Shown here: positions 12,892 through 25,400 of the stretch, in pieces
Layout of the letters: each line of letters starts with the position of its first letter
How positions within the stretch are numbered: the first letter of the stretch is position 1
NCBI RefSeq assembly: GCF_036321535.1
Contig: NC_087437.1
Location: 72,170,001 to 72,234,000, forward strand
Source: Camelus dromedarius
Lineage: Eukaryota
Direction: 5' to 3'
DNA length: 64,000 nucleotides
Position numbers and translations under genes: made by a program
The notes under the pieces: generated by a model
What the model was told of the DNA's origin: nothing
Seen by the model: the letters and a program-made list of their open reading frames with translations, nothing else
The model's database searches: none

Positions 12892-14379
12892 TTGGAATAT
12901 TACTCATCCATAAAAAAGAATGATGAAAACTTTCCCATTTGCGATAACATGGATGGACCTAGAGGATATTATGCTAAGTGAAATAAGTCAAACAGAGAAA
13001 GACAAATGCTTTATGGTTTCACTTATACGTGTAATCTATAAAATGAAACAAATGAGTAAGCATAACAAAACAGAAACAGAGTCATAAATACAGAAAACAA
13101 ACAGGTAGTTGCCAGAGGAGAAGGCGTGAGGGGAGGAGAGAAATAGGTGAGGGAAATTAAGAGGTATAAACTTCCATTTGCAAAACAGATGAGTCATGAG
13201 TATGAAATATACAGTGTAGGGAATAATTATGTAATCTTTGTATGGTTGACAGAAGGTAACTAGACATATTGTGATGATCATTTTGAAACGTATAGAAATA
13301 CTGAATTACTATGTCATATAACAGGAAATAACATAGTGGTGTAGGTCAATCATACTTCAAAAACAAACAGACAAACATAGAAAAATATATCAGATCTATG
13401 GTTACTGAAAGCAGGGGTAGGGGGATTAGCAGCTGCTAAATTTAGGTTCTTTAAAAAGAAAGAAAGCTATATGAAGCCTTTGCCACAAATCAGACACTAA
13501 GCTATTTTCTATCAACTATGCTCTTTCCTGACAATGGTGTGAAACTGGTACTATTTTCTTTATTTTGTAAATGGGAGAATGTGTCTCAAAGAAGTCAAGT
13601 AGCTTGTCTAAATTCATAGAACTGTCAGGTGGATAGTGAGGATGTGATAGTGAGGATGTGAACTCTAGCCTTCTGATGCTGACTCAGTGCATATTTAGGT
13701 GCTGGTAAAAAATGAAACAATCTTGGTGTGAAAAATAGGTTTGTTTTATTAGGAGATAGATGACACAAATAAGTAGCTTTTTGGATACTGTAGATGTCAT
13801 CTCTTCTGGAAGTTCCTGGTTAACTGCCCTGGGATAAGATCAACTGGAGAAACAGAATATGCAATTACTTTTACACACATGCATAGAGCACATATGGGAG
13901 TATAGTCTTGGCTTCTGGCAAGGAGGCCAACTGGTTTAGCAGAAAGAGGATCAGATGCTTCTGACTATGGGACTGGGCATATTTATAGCTTACCCAGAAA
14001 TGAGGGCAATATGTGAATCCAAATACATGGAAAGACAAGTCTTCTCCTAGGAGAAGTTCAGCAAGAGCAAGTCAGGCCTCTGTACAGGAGGGACATATGT
14101 TTTAAGCTGCTGGGTGAGGTTCAGTATAGGAAGACATAGAGCCAAATTTGGTTAGAGCCAAATATAAAACTCAATTTATAAATAAAGTGATGATATGGAT
14201 TGGTTTGCCAGAACAGTCCCAGTTTATAATTGTTGGGTTCTCAATTTGGACAATAAATGTATATGCTCTCTCTACTTGTAAGGCCAGTGGTCATCTGGTT
14301 CCTAGTTACTCCATGAGTCACATATCTTGCTCTTCCTCCATGATCCTCTGTGGCTTCAGATTTACAGAATTATGTTTAA

Positions 14380-14740
14380 AACCTTGAACCTGTCCTGCTT
14401 TCTTTAATCTCTTGGCCATAGAACTTGCTGTTCCTTCCTCCAACATCTCTGCTGCACCCCCACATGCACTCTTCTTTGCTGGGTTGACTTCTACTTGTCT
14501 TTCGCATCAGGGCTTAGCTATCACTTCATCAGGAAGTCCTTCCTGCCTTTTGGGTTAGCTGCCCTCCTACATGCTTCCATTTCCCCATCTTAGTGTTCAT
14601 CACAGTTTACTGCAAACTTTCTACTTACTGGATCCTATCCTGTAATCTCCATGAGGCAAGGGCCAGTACCTTAGTCACAATTATATCTCCAGTAAGGATC
14701 ACAGTGCCTGGTTCATGGCAGGGGTTCCATAAATATTTCT
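14380..14740 (+). mobile_element. L2 3' fragment
   Basis: TGTAATCTCCATGAGGCAAGGGCC...CACAGTGCCTGG...CATAAATATTT resembles the L2 3' end. Confidence 0.55.
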
Positions 14741-16069
14741 GAGCTAAGGCTGAGGCCCAGTTTTCAGAATTGGAGAGTCAAAATTAGGGACAGACTAGAG
14801 GCCACAGTAATTGGGGCCAGGACTCAAATAACTGGGAAAAACTGGCTTGAATTTCTCCTTTTTGGGCCTGTCTCTTCTGGGGCAGGGCAAACTTTTGGAT
14901 GGGGACTGAGGAACCTACTTTGTAGGGCTATGGAGGCTGGATCCATCAGGACCTGGTTCCAGAAGGAAGAGATAGAGACACTCATCAATACCAATTCGGC
15001 TTCAAACTGGGGAGAAAAAACCTGAGAAGATGCATTCTGGATGCAATAGCCCTGCTTTCCCTATGTGGGAGTGGGAGTGGGATGAGGACGGAACATACTG
15101 TAAGGGAGAAATCACGGATAAGGGGAAACTGGCACAGAACCTCTTTCTCTGGCATCTGGACCCAGTTCTCAAGCCTTAACATCTTGTATTACTTGCCATT
15201 TTACTTACCCCAACCTCTCCTACCCTTGCACACCTAGTCCCTGCCCTTGTCCCTTTGCCCAAACCCTAGCCCCCAATATCAGCTTTCAATCTGACAGTTA
15301 TTAAGTGTAGTGTTTAGCATCTTTATGAAGATATGGGTATCAGGCTGGATTTAAATGACACTTCCCAGTGGGCCTCAGAATCTCCTCTAGAGCTGTACTC
15401 ACTATTGCGAAGCCTGAGACACACATCTTTCAAGTCTATCAAACACTGATCATACTTTGCCTACCAAACATCCAAGTCCCTCAAGGACTGCTGCTTAGAT
15501 ACTCACACCTTCTGGTACTAACAGTTATTGGGCTGTAGGCAATAAAGCCCAAATAACATAGAGCCCAGGTAACTTGTTGACAGAGCATGGTCTTCAAGAG
15601 AAAATATGAGCTTAATTCAAAAGACTGGATTGAGTAGTGACATTTCTGGTATTATCCAGACTATAGAGAGATGTCTGACAGTAGGAGAATCTTCTGCAGA
15701 AGGGGACCTTCCTGCTCCAACAGGTTGCTTTGGTGGCCTCTAGCAACTCCAGGCCCCTGACCCTGCAGGCCTACCCTTCCCCTGGTGGTTCTCCACCTTT
15801 TGTCCTGTGCTGACAACATCCATCTATCAGTGACAGTGGCTCTCAGAGGCAGGGACTCTTACTTGGGGTTAAAGAGTGGGAGGTGCATGCTCTCCTATGG
15901 TGTGGGATCAGAATCCTCTGGAGAAGCACTTTGAACCTCCCCTCTTCGGGGTTGTTCTGATGCCTCCCCAAGATTGTGAGCCTACTATTTAATAATTACT
16001 GCAGAGTTTAGGGCTCTGCAGAGCAGAACAGCACAGACTTCTAAATCAGCCACGTGTCTGAGAGCTGTT

Positions 16070-16752
16070 TCTCCACCCAACTTGGACAGAAGTCTCCCAG
16101 ACAGATGATGTCAGTGCAACTCGAGAGGAGACTTGTTAAAATCTGTACTCTCACTGGCTGAGAAAACTTTTCCCGGAACCTTCAGGGACCGGTGGTGGGA
16201 ATGTAGACTGGGGCAGTCATTCTGGAGACCAATTTGGCAGTACTTGGTGAAATTAAGTGAGCCTACGCCCTATGACCCAGCCATCCCTCTCTGGAGTCTT
16301 CAGCCCAGAGAAACTCAGGCACAGGTCCATTAAGGGATGTGTATGAGGGGGCTTGATGCAGCACTGGGTGTGGGAAGTATAATGATGATGATGATAATAA
16401 TGATGGCTAACACTGGCTGAATGCTTACGTGTGCTTAGTACTTCACATTCTCAGTACTCTACATGAGGTAGACACTATTACCATCTCTGTTTTGGAAATG
16501 AGAACACTGAGGTATGGGGAGGTGAAGTATATGGGCCAAGTTCACACAGCTAGCGAATGTGAACGATGCCAGGCAGTCTGGCTCCTGGGTGTGCACTCCT
16601 AACCATTGTGCTTTATGGTCTGTCTACCTATGTCCATCACTGGGGAATAAATAGGTGAATGTGGACGATAGTTCCTCAAGCACATGGGCAAGTCTTAAAA
16701 GCATAGACCTGAGTGAAAAAAGAAGCAAAAGAATGTGTTCCATAGTCTACAG

Positions 16753-16799
<47 letters not shown>

Positions 16800-16960
16800 C
16801 ATTTGCATATCTATTTATATGTTTACATACATATATATTTAGAATATATACAAAGATGATATAACATCATGAAATTTCAAATGTATTAATATACACACAC
16901 ATCCAGGTACATATTAGTATGTGGGGTGGGTGCCAGGGATGCAGAGGAAACTTATTAAAA
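16070..16960 (+). mobile_element. Old L1 (L1ME-like) 3' fragment split by a MIR (~16385-16615, minus strand)
   Basis: GGTGGGAATGTAGACTGG...CCCTATGACCCAGCCATCCC (WWEC...PYDPAIPL, ORF2 C-terminus); MIR core GGAAATGAGAACACTGAGG lies between the two halves. Confidence 0.65.
16753..16799. repeat. (CTAT)n tetranucleotide microsatellite
   Basis: About 11 perfect units, read directly. Confidence 0.95.
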
Positions 16961-18736
16961 AAAAAAGACAAAGCCTAACAAAATGAGAGAAATCCTTGCC
17001 CAGAATAGTGATGATTGGGTGCCATGGATTGAGGAGGGGCTTAACTCTGCTTTCTTCTCCTGAGGCTCATATTTCTTCCCCATAATTCCCTTCATGAAAC
17101 TAGATGCAAAGCTCCATCCACTTCTGGGAGAATCAGAGCAGGCAAGTTCATTCTCATTCTTTTAATTAGGGTACTCTGTACCCCCTGACCCTGCTACCCT
17201 GCTGGGTGCAGCAGAGCCCTGAAATAGACATGCATTCTGCCTGGTGTTTGACTCCACCTGAAGATGTGAGTTTACTTCCACCCATTTTACAGATGAAAAG
17301 AGAACCAGTTCAGAGAGGTAAAGACTTGCACTTGCTCTTGTGTGCTCAGTACTTTACATGTTTAGCAAAATTGGCACTTTACCCAGGTCCTGGCATAGAG
17401 TTTCCACCTGTGGTTTAAAACATACCAACTGACATGGTCCTGATAACCACCAGTTTCCTGAAATAGCCATTGTTTCCAAGAATCAGAGAAATTTCCATGG
17501 TTTGATGATGACCTCAAAGTAAGAACTACAGATTGAGGGATGATAATGCAATTATTTTAATTAAATTTTCCCTAGGGTTACACAGGAATAGGGCATGATT
17601 GCAAACCTTTTGAGAAAATTATTTATTTGCATTTCACGTATCTCTGTCCATGCTGACCCTAACACTTGGTATTGTTACGACCTGCTCACGCCTCCAAGGC
17701 AGGATTGTTTGCAAACGAGCATCTCTCAGTCCGTTATTGCTAGAGCATCTCAAAATGTGAATTCCAGCATTTCTAAATGAGGTAAATATGGGCATAGCTC
17801 ACATTACTGTGTATAATTACTTCCTATACAGATGGAGAATTAATTCATAGTTAATGTTGTAATCAGAAAGACTTCAGAGAATGATTCAACCAGCCATTAT
17901 TTGGCAAACTCACAATGACTATAAAATGCAGTTACCTCATTCATCCTGTTTTCAGAGTCAGGCTGGCATGAGAATGCAGCTTCTTTCAACCGTTGACAGT
18001 TTTATTCTCACAATACTTATTTATAAGTTGCACACCGTCTATCTGACACTGATAGAAGATACATGTATGATCAGGGAACAAACTGGCTGTGAAACTGACC
18101 AGACAAAGGTGAGTGGGGTTACACAGACAGGACTGTGCAGCCCAGGCTGTGGTTGCTCGTTAGAGTGAGGCTCTTCATAAACTATGTGAAGAGGCTGTAC
18201 CAGGGTCTTGAGCAAAGGGTACAGGAGGTTTGGAGAGGCAGAGGGGTGGAGGCAAGAAGGCTGAGTAGCAGCCCCCAAGTTGTGAAGTCAGTAAGGAGGA
18301 GGAGGGTAAAGTGGGTGCAGAGAAGAGGATGAAGAAAGAGCCTGAGAGGGGCGTGCCTGAAGGGGAGTGGAGGCATAGCATAGCATAGGAGGTGAGGGCT
18401 TGGCCTCAGACTCTGAGACTTACAGGGGCATGGCTGACAGTGGGTCTCATCTTAATGCCTATTGACTATGGGTCTGAAAGCCTGAGCCCGTGGGATTCTG
18501 GGGACAGGCCATTTTGGATGTGCGCTCTCAGCTCTCTTTAATCTCTAGAGGAAGAAAGGGGTCTGTTTGCCGTGTGGCAGAGCAAATTTCCCTAGGAGCA
18601 GCTGTTGGGATGCTCAGATTCTGGCAGTTCACAGAAAGATGCCCCAAATGCTCAGAGCACTCCTCCCCCTGAGCCTTCTCACAAGCCATTCCTCTCACCT
18701 GGGTAGTCCTCCCGTTCCTTCTGCAGCTCTCCAGAC

Positions 18737-19033
18737 CCAGGCTGTCCAACATGTTGATCACCAGCCACACGTGCACTTGAAATGGAGACAAACTGTAAGT
18801 GTAACATACACACAGGATTACAAAATCAAGTATTAAAAAAAGTGAACTCTCTCATCAATAATTATTTTTATATTTATTACAAGCATAAATGATAATATTT
18901 TGGATATATCAGTTTAAATAAAGTATAACTTTAAAATGAATTCACCTCTTTCTTCTTACATATTCATATGTGGTTATCAGAAATTTTAAATCACCTATGT
19001 GGCTTGCATTGAATGTCTACTGGACAGAACTGT
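18737..19033 (-). mobile_element. hAT-Charlie MITE (MER33-like)
   Basis: Terminal inverted repeats CTGTCCAA...TGGACAG with an AT-rich interior (GATAATATTTTGGATATA...AAATTTTAAATCACCTATGTGGCTTGCATT). Confidence 0.7.
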
Positions 19034-19589
19034 CCTAGAGTTCATGCGTCCTGTGAGAGGTTGCACAGCATAGTGGACAAGTTTCCAAGCTGTGGAGCCA
19101 GGCTGCTGAAGTTCAGATCCTGGATTCAGATCCTGACACTTCACAGCAGGTGACTAGAGGAGGTAACGTAATCTCTCCATGCCTCAGTTTTCTTCTAACA
19201 ACAGTCCCTGACTCACCAGGAAGTGCAAGGCCCAGATGCAGTCTGCTGCCTCCTCAAGACTTTCCTTGTACCTTGCTGTCTGAGTCCTCCTTCTAGTAGG
19301 ACATATGGCCCTGACTCTCTTTTAAGGTGTGTAAGTTGCTTCATAAATTCACTGAGTTTCTCAGAGTTGCGTCTCATTAACTCTTCATTGCCTGCCTGAT
19401 CTTTCCGCCAACTCCTAGGCACCATTGAGGGGATTATGTGGGCCCTCCCAGAAAGGACTGCAGAATATCCAAGTCATCTGGCAAAGTCACCTGCACACAC
19501 GGGGCCACATCTCACAAATCACAGTGATGCATTTCTCTTTCAGGGGTTACATGGGAGTGGGAGCAGGTTCTACTTGGTTTGTAAGTACA

Positions 19590-20580
19590 CTTATTTTTTA
19601 TTGACCTATAACACATTTGGAAAAATACAAAATTCATAAATAGTCAAATCGATGAAGTTTTTAAAACTGAAATTTTTGTAACTTTCATAAAATCTAGAAA
19701 TAGAAAAAGAAAAATCATTCCAGTGTCTCTCCACCCTGTGTCCTTCTCAGTTACCTTCCCTTCCCTAAAGAAAACCACCACCTTGCCATGGATCATCACA
19801 GATTGCTTTGCCATTTCAAGTTTATGTAAATGAAATTGTATGCCTGTGTTGGACTTCTTTCACTCAACATTACATTTGTGAGATTCACCCATGTTTTTAT
19901 GTTAGCAGTTGTCTGCTCATCATCATTGCTGAGTAATATTCCATTTCTATAAATGTATCACAATTTGCTTATTCATTGTTAATGGACATTTGAACTGTTT
20001 TTGGTTTGGGGCTGTTGTGAACAATGCTGCTATGACCATTCTTGTGCAGTAAGGAGTAGAACTGGGGGGATATAGGATATGCATATCCATAGCTATAGTA
20101 ACTACTTCTAAACCCATTTCCAAAGTGTCTGTACCAATTTCCACTCCCAACAGCAACATATGAGAATACTAGATGTTCTGTATCTTTGCCAACACCTCCC
20201 CAATCCCTAGTTTGGAGGGCAAAGAGTGGTTTTCATTTGCATTTCCCTGATGAGTAAGCTCCTTTTCATGTGCTTATTGGCCATTTGGATATCTTCTTTA
20301 TGATGTTCAAGTCTATTGCCATTTTTTCTACGCTTTAAACTTTTATTTATTTGGGTTGACTGTCTTTTTTTTTATTGACATATGTGATTTCTTTAACTAC
20401 TTTAAATCCTTTGTTGGATATATGGGTTGCAAATATCTTTTCCTAGTCTGGCTTGTCTGTTCATGCTCTTAATGGTGTATTTTAGTGAACAGTTCTTAAA
20501 TTTAATGAAGTCTAATCAATCTTTCCCTGTAAGAGTTATTTATTTTTATAATATTTTTAAGACATCTTTGCTACCTTATA
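19590..20580 (-). mobile_element. Old L1 (L1MC/ME-like) 3' region
   Basis: GATTCACCCATGTT, GAGTAATATTCCATT, GGACATTTGAACTGTTT, CATTTGCATTTCCCTGATG and GGTTGCAAATATCTTTTCC motifs in collinear order. Confidence 0.8.
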
Positions 20581-20894
20581 TAACCAGTTTAATGTTAGCA
20601 AATTTCCTCAACCCGTACCACAGTGCTGGAGATGAAAAACTATTAAGAACTTGCCATATTAACAAACTAAAAAACACTAAATCATTTGTGTTATCCTTCT
20701 AAATGTTGTAAGGTCTGTCCCTTAAGTCACATTCTCTGCTCTCCACTCCCCCAAACCTCACACTTAAACAGCTTGCCCTGTGATTGTTCCTTATTTGTAT
20801 TTCCCATCCTTTTGGTACCCATATACACACCAGGGTTACCTTTATGTTCTATTTCAAACTTATGAGGCTCTCCTTTGCATTTAATAGGAACAAG

Positions 20895-21130
20895 AATTAC
20901 TAATATTTACTGAGAGCTAACCATGTACCAGGCACAATGCTAAGGGCTTTTCATACATTCTTTCATTTAATCTCATGAAAAACTCATCAGGTATCTACCA
21001 GCATAGTTTCAGACGAATAAAGTGAGATTTAGCAAGGTCAAAGTCTCTCTCTAGAAAGACACAGAGCCAAGATTCAAACTGAGGTCTACCAGACCCCAAA
21101 GTTGGTATCCTGAGCCTTCACATCATACTG
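20895..21130 (-). mobile_element. MIR SINE
   Basis: TATTTACTGAGAGCTAACCATGTACCAGGCACAATGCTAAGGGCTTT...TCATTTAATC. Confidence 0.7.
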
Positions 21131-22329
21131 TCCCTCCTAGCCCTTAGATTAGCTTTGTAGCTCTAGTAGGGGTCTTCGTCCAGGACAGAAGGCCATATAG
21201 AATTGCCTTTTGATTGACCATAAACTTCTGAGCAAGAAGTTCAACATCTCCTGTCCAAGGGGAGTCCCTCCTTTTCACTTCTGCCCATGGTGGAGGTGAT
21301 CAGGCCCTTCTATTTGCAGCATCTTCATACTTCTAACATCCCATTTTCCTTCCTCCTGCTCCACTGCCTTCTACCTGTGAGGTCCACTGCAGCTGCTTCC
21401 TGCCAGGCTACAACTTTCTGCGTGCCACAGGATGAGCAAGTCTTAACATGTGGCCCCAAGGGAAAGGCAGGAGTCTTCATGAGTCAAACCATGTGGGAAA
21501 CTGCAAACAGGGGCTCAGAGAAGGCATGGGGAAGGTTCTCTGAGGTGACTTGTGAAGCCAGGCTGGGGAATGAGGAGACATTCTTTTAAATGATGCTTCA
21601 TAGCATAAAAGTATTTCTATTGCTACTGCACAAAAAGGTGCAAAAGCCTCATCCCTGGCTGCCTGCCACCCAGTCCAGACCAGGAGACACGGATGCAAGC
21701 AGGAGGCTCCTGAGAAAATCAACCTCACGTCTGTCTGGCTCTTTCCACTTTTATATGCTTTTATGCCATAACCTCATCTAATCTCTAGAAGGATCCTTGT
21801 GAGGTCAAGAAGGCAGAAACAGAGGATCTATATTATAGTTGTATGAGCTGACATTTGGAGAGGCCAAATAACTTACCTAAATCAGTTCAGATCAATGACA
21901 ACAGGCCTAAGACTGGAATTCAAGTCTCCATGTTTCTGGACCAGTGTTTTTCTACGGGACAGGGAATAGTCCAGTGGACAAGGAATATTTAAACTCTTTT
22001 ATTGAAATGTAACATATGTACAGGACATACACAAATCACAAGTGTTCAGCTCAATGAACTATCACAAAGTGAACACACCTGTGAAATCATCACTTAGAGA
22101 AATAGAAAACTGTGGGCACCCCAGCAGCCCTCTTCATGTCCCTGGGATTGGAGCACTAACAGTTACATATGCTACAAGGAAGACCAAAATTAAGGTAACT
22201 AGTTGTAGAAATTAAACTTTCAGAGGGTAATAGAAAAAGCAAAGGTCACTGAAGGAGGTTTCCCAGGTGAGGTGCCCTGAACAGCAGCCTAGTGCTTACA
22301 GGAAGGTGTCCTGGGGTAGGGGATGGGGG

Positions 22330-22476
22330 AAGCAATGGCAGGAGAGGAGCTCAAAGAACTCAAACCTCAAAGAACTCAAAACAATGGCAGGAAAGAAGAA
22401 ACCAGTAAGAAGCTCGAAGAAGTTCTTTGAGAGATGCTCAAAGAACTCAAAGCAATGGCAGGAGAGGAGCTCAAAG
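22330..22476. repeat. Complex local duplication: 27-bp direct repeat 120 bp apart enclosing direct and inverted sub-copies
   Basis: AAGCAATGGCAGGAGAGGAGCTCAAAG at 22330-22356 and 22450-22476; CTCAAAGAACTCAAA x3; inverted GTTCTTTGAG at 22422-22431. Confidence 0.9.
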
Positions 22477-25400
22477 GAGGCTGCCTCTTTAGCCCCAAAG
22501 GAAGAAGGGGGCTGGGGAGGGGCTGGGCAGCCCCAGCAGCTGAGGGGACCCAGAGAGTCGCTGCAGCCTCCCACCCACGCTGCTCCGGCAAGGCGGCAGC
22601 ATCCCCATGGCTGAGTGCCTTTCAGTTTCTCTCTCCCTAACTCTCTCAACCTCATTCTCACACTCTCTATGTGGGGTTTGCACATTGGCAAGAAGGGTGA
22701 GAAAATGGTTAAGCGTACCCAAATGAGGAGAGTTAGAAGAGATGCTTGTGGCTTTAGCTCAGCCGCCTGGACTGCAGCCTTTCTAAGGTACTGTCTGAGA
22801 TCAAACACTGGGTGAAGAAGCTGCACACGCACACTCCACAGTTTAGAGAGAACTGAGCAATGGACCTGGTTTAACTGGACACTAGTTTCTAAGAAAGACT
22901 GTTGCAGCATTTGTAGAACAAGTGATATAAGTGACAAAGAACACAAAACCTCAGGTATTCTCATGTTTGAATTATAACTGCTTATCATCTAACCTAATGG
23001 GTTAGATGGGGGCTCTGTGTATGATGTCATTCATCCAAATATTCCAAAGCAGAGACTCTAAAATAGGAAGTGTTGTAAAGAACAGGGGGGTGGATCACTC
23101 CTTTATTAACTGTTCACACCCAGCCCAGGAAAGAAGCAGAAGTCTCTGGGTGTTTTTGATCTTCTTGAGGACATCCACCTGGGTAGACATTTTCCAAGAA
23201 GATTCCTTCAGATCAAGGCTGGAGTCTATGGCATTTATACCAGAATCAGCAACTGAGGAGTTTTTAGGTGTTCAGGAGAGTGATGTTAGGGACAGAAGTA
23301 GGGTCTGGTATGGTGTGGCGTGTGTGTGTAAGTTTGGCAGAATTGTGAAGGACCAGTCTGATTTTTGGTACCTAATTTGATTATTGGAAAGCACCCTCCT
23401 TTCTCCTACCCTACTTTCCCTACCCTACTCTTCCCAACCTGCCCTCTTCGGGTCTCTAGTATCAGCCTACTCTCATCTGAGCCAGGTTCCTATTTCAAGG
23501 GTTTCTAATTGTGACCGTGGAAAAACTGATTTGCCTTACAAAGGCACACACATAGACACAGATGCACCTTTTTTAACTACCGGTATCATCTACTTTATAT
23601 TTTGGTATTTCCTATTTTATTCTATTTTTTCATTTTAAAAAATGTTGAACTCCACCCACCAAACTAATTTTCACAATCCATGGCTTTTCATGAAGTATTA
23701 CTCCATCTCATTCCAGGAAAGTTATTTATAAGTAAGGTACATTTTTGTTTTGCTTTGCTTTGGGTTTTGAGATGCATTAAGGTTTCAATGCTGCTTGAGA
23801 TTTCTGAATTTTACCCCTGAGCTTCATAAGCCTCTCTCAGCAGCCCGGGTAAAGGAGAAAGGTTCCATGCAGACCCTCAGCCTTCTCCCACCTAGGACTC
23901 CTGGGGGCTGCCCTGCACACCGCATGAGAGGGACTTGGAGGAGTGGCCGGACTTTCATGTAGTTTGCTGCTCTTCCAAATTACATAGCAGTCAGGCAGGG
24001 TACAATGGACATGAGAGGCAATAGCCTTTCCAACAACTGTATTCTGAATTACTTTAGCATGTGGACATACTACTACAGTAGTTCATTGAAACACAGCATC
24101 AATATGATTTATCGTAGCCACTTTAAATTTAGCTTTATGAAGAAGGGCTTGCTGTCTCAAATTCATAGTTGCCCACCCTCTTTCTAGATGGAGAATGAGA
24201 CATCACTGGCATGGCTGAGGTTGGTAGGTAAAGACTGAAGGTGTCTTGGAAAGGGTTAAAGAAGGGCTTCTGGAGAAGGAAGGCAAGAGCTACAAGGAGA
24301 AGAGTCATGGCAACAGCCAAAAATAAGGCTTTAATGGAAGTGTGAAATGAGAAAGCCAGGGATGTGGAGTTTAGCTCCTCACAATGAAAAATAAACAAGC
24401 CAAAGCAAGAACATTATAGGTAGTTAAACACTGATCCTAAACCAGTATCATATATGAAAGAGAAAGGGGAGTACTCCTCTCTAGTGACTCTGATACATAA
24501 AATGATGAGTTTTTATTGTTGTTCAATTTCCATTTAGTAAGCATCTGCTCAAATTGAAGAGATTTGTCCGATGACACACAGTTTAGAACCGGAATTAAAT
24601 ACAGATCTTTTGGATCCTGAAAGCCATATCCTTTTCACAAAATCCCACTGACTCCCAAAATTATTTCCAGTCTAGTAGGACTACAGACAGGTGGCTTTTG
24701 TGGGGTTTTTCTCTCCTTCCTTTTCTGTATTTTTAAATTTTTTTCTGATGATCATGAATTGCTTTTATAAAGAAAAGTAAACTCAATATACTCTATTTTT
24801 TAAAAACAGTACCCACCAGGGAACTATTTCCAGTCGCAGAAGGAAACAGCATTCCAACTATCTCAAACTATTTTGCCAGTGATGGTTTATTCCATCTCTA
24901 AATATTTTTTTTAGATTGGAATGCATTTTGTATTTGAGAAGTTCTTTACTCTAACCGCCACCTTCATTTGGTTATATTGGAACCATCTTTTTAGGTTCAA
25001 TTCTATTTTCCTTCTTCTCTCCACTAGGCAAAACACAGCTGAACTTTCTAGCTCTTTTTTTTTTTTTTTTGATTGAAATAAATTCTCCAATGAATGAAAC
25101 TGACCAGAATGAAAGGCTCTTATTACTGAGAGTGAAGAGTGATCAATATAGAAATGACTGAAAGGTTCTGGTCTTTGAAAGCCTATGTCCATAGGGCAGC
25201 TTTTCTTTTATAGTAAAAGGGTGCTATAATGAAGTGGATCTAAGTAAGTTCAGGAAGAGTTACCTTCTTCACAATTTTATTTTTAATTGGCCTCAGTTCT
25301 GGGCCATTCTTCTCATTGCTGTCATCTTTACATGTGAATTGAGCAATCATGTCTTCATGCTACTTAGATCCAAAGTCATCCAAGAAGACACTCACCTGGG

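Larger units (their letters stand above)
7350..13428 (+). mobile_element. Near-full-length decayed LINE-1 (partial 5'UTR, ORF1, ~500-bp spacer, ORF2, truncated 3'UTR)
   Basis: ORF1 fragment RILKAAKEKQQVTYKGTPIKLSAEFSAETLKARREW, endonuclease fragment GHYIMIK...IIVGDFNT, RT and C-terminal regions and 3'UTR, all collinear. No poly-A or TSD visible; the 3'UTR ends abruptly near 13428. Confidence 0.95.

Noticed and set aside
22296..22988. 230-aa minus-strand ORF as a real gene
   Set aside because: No recognisable domain or promoter context; 40 codons come from the local patchwork duplication.
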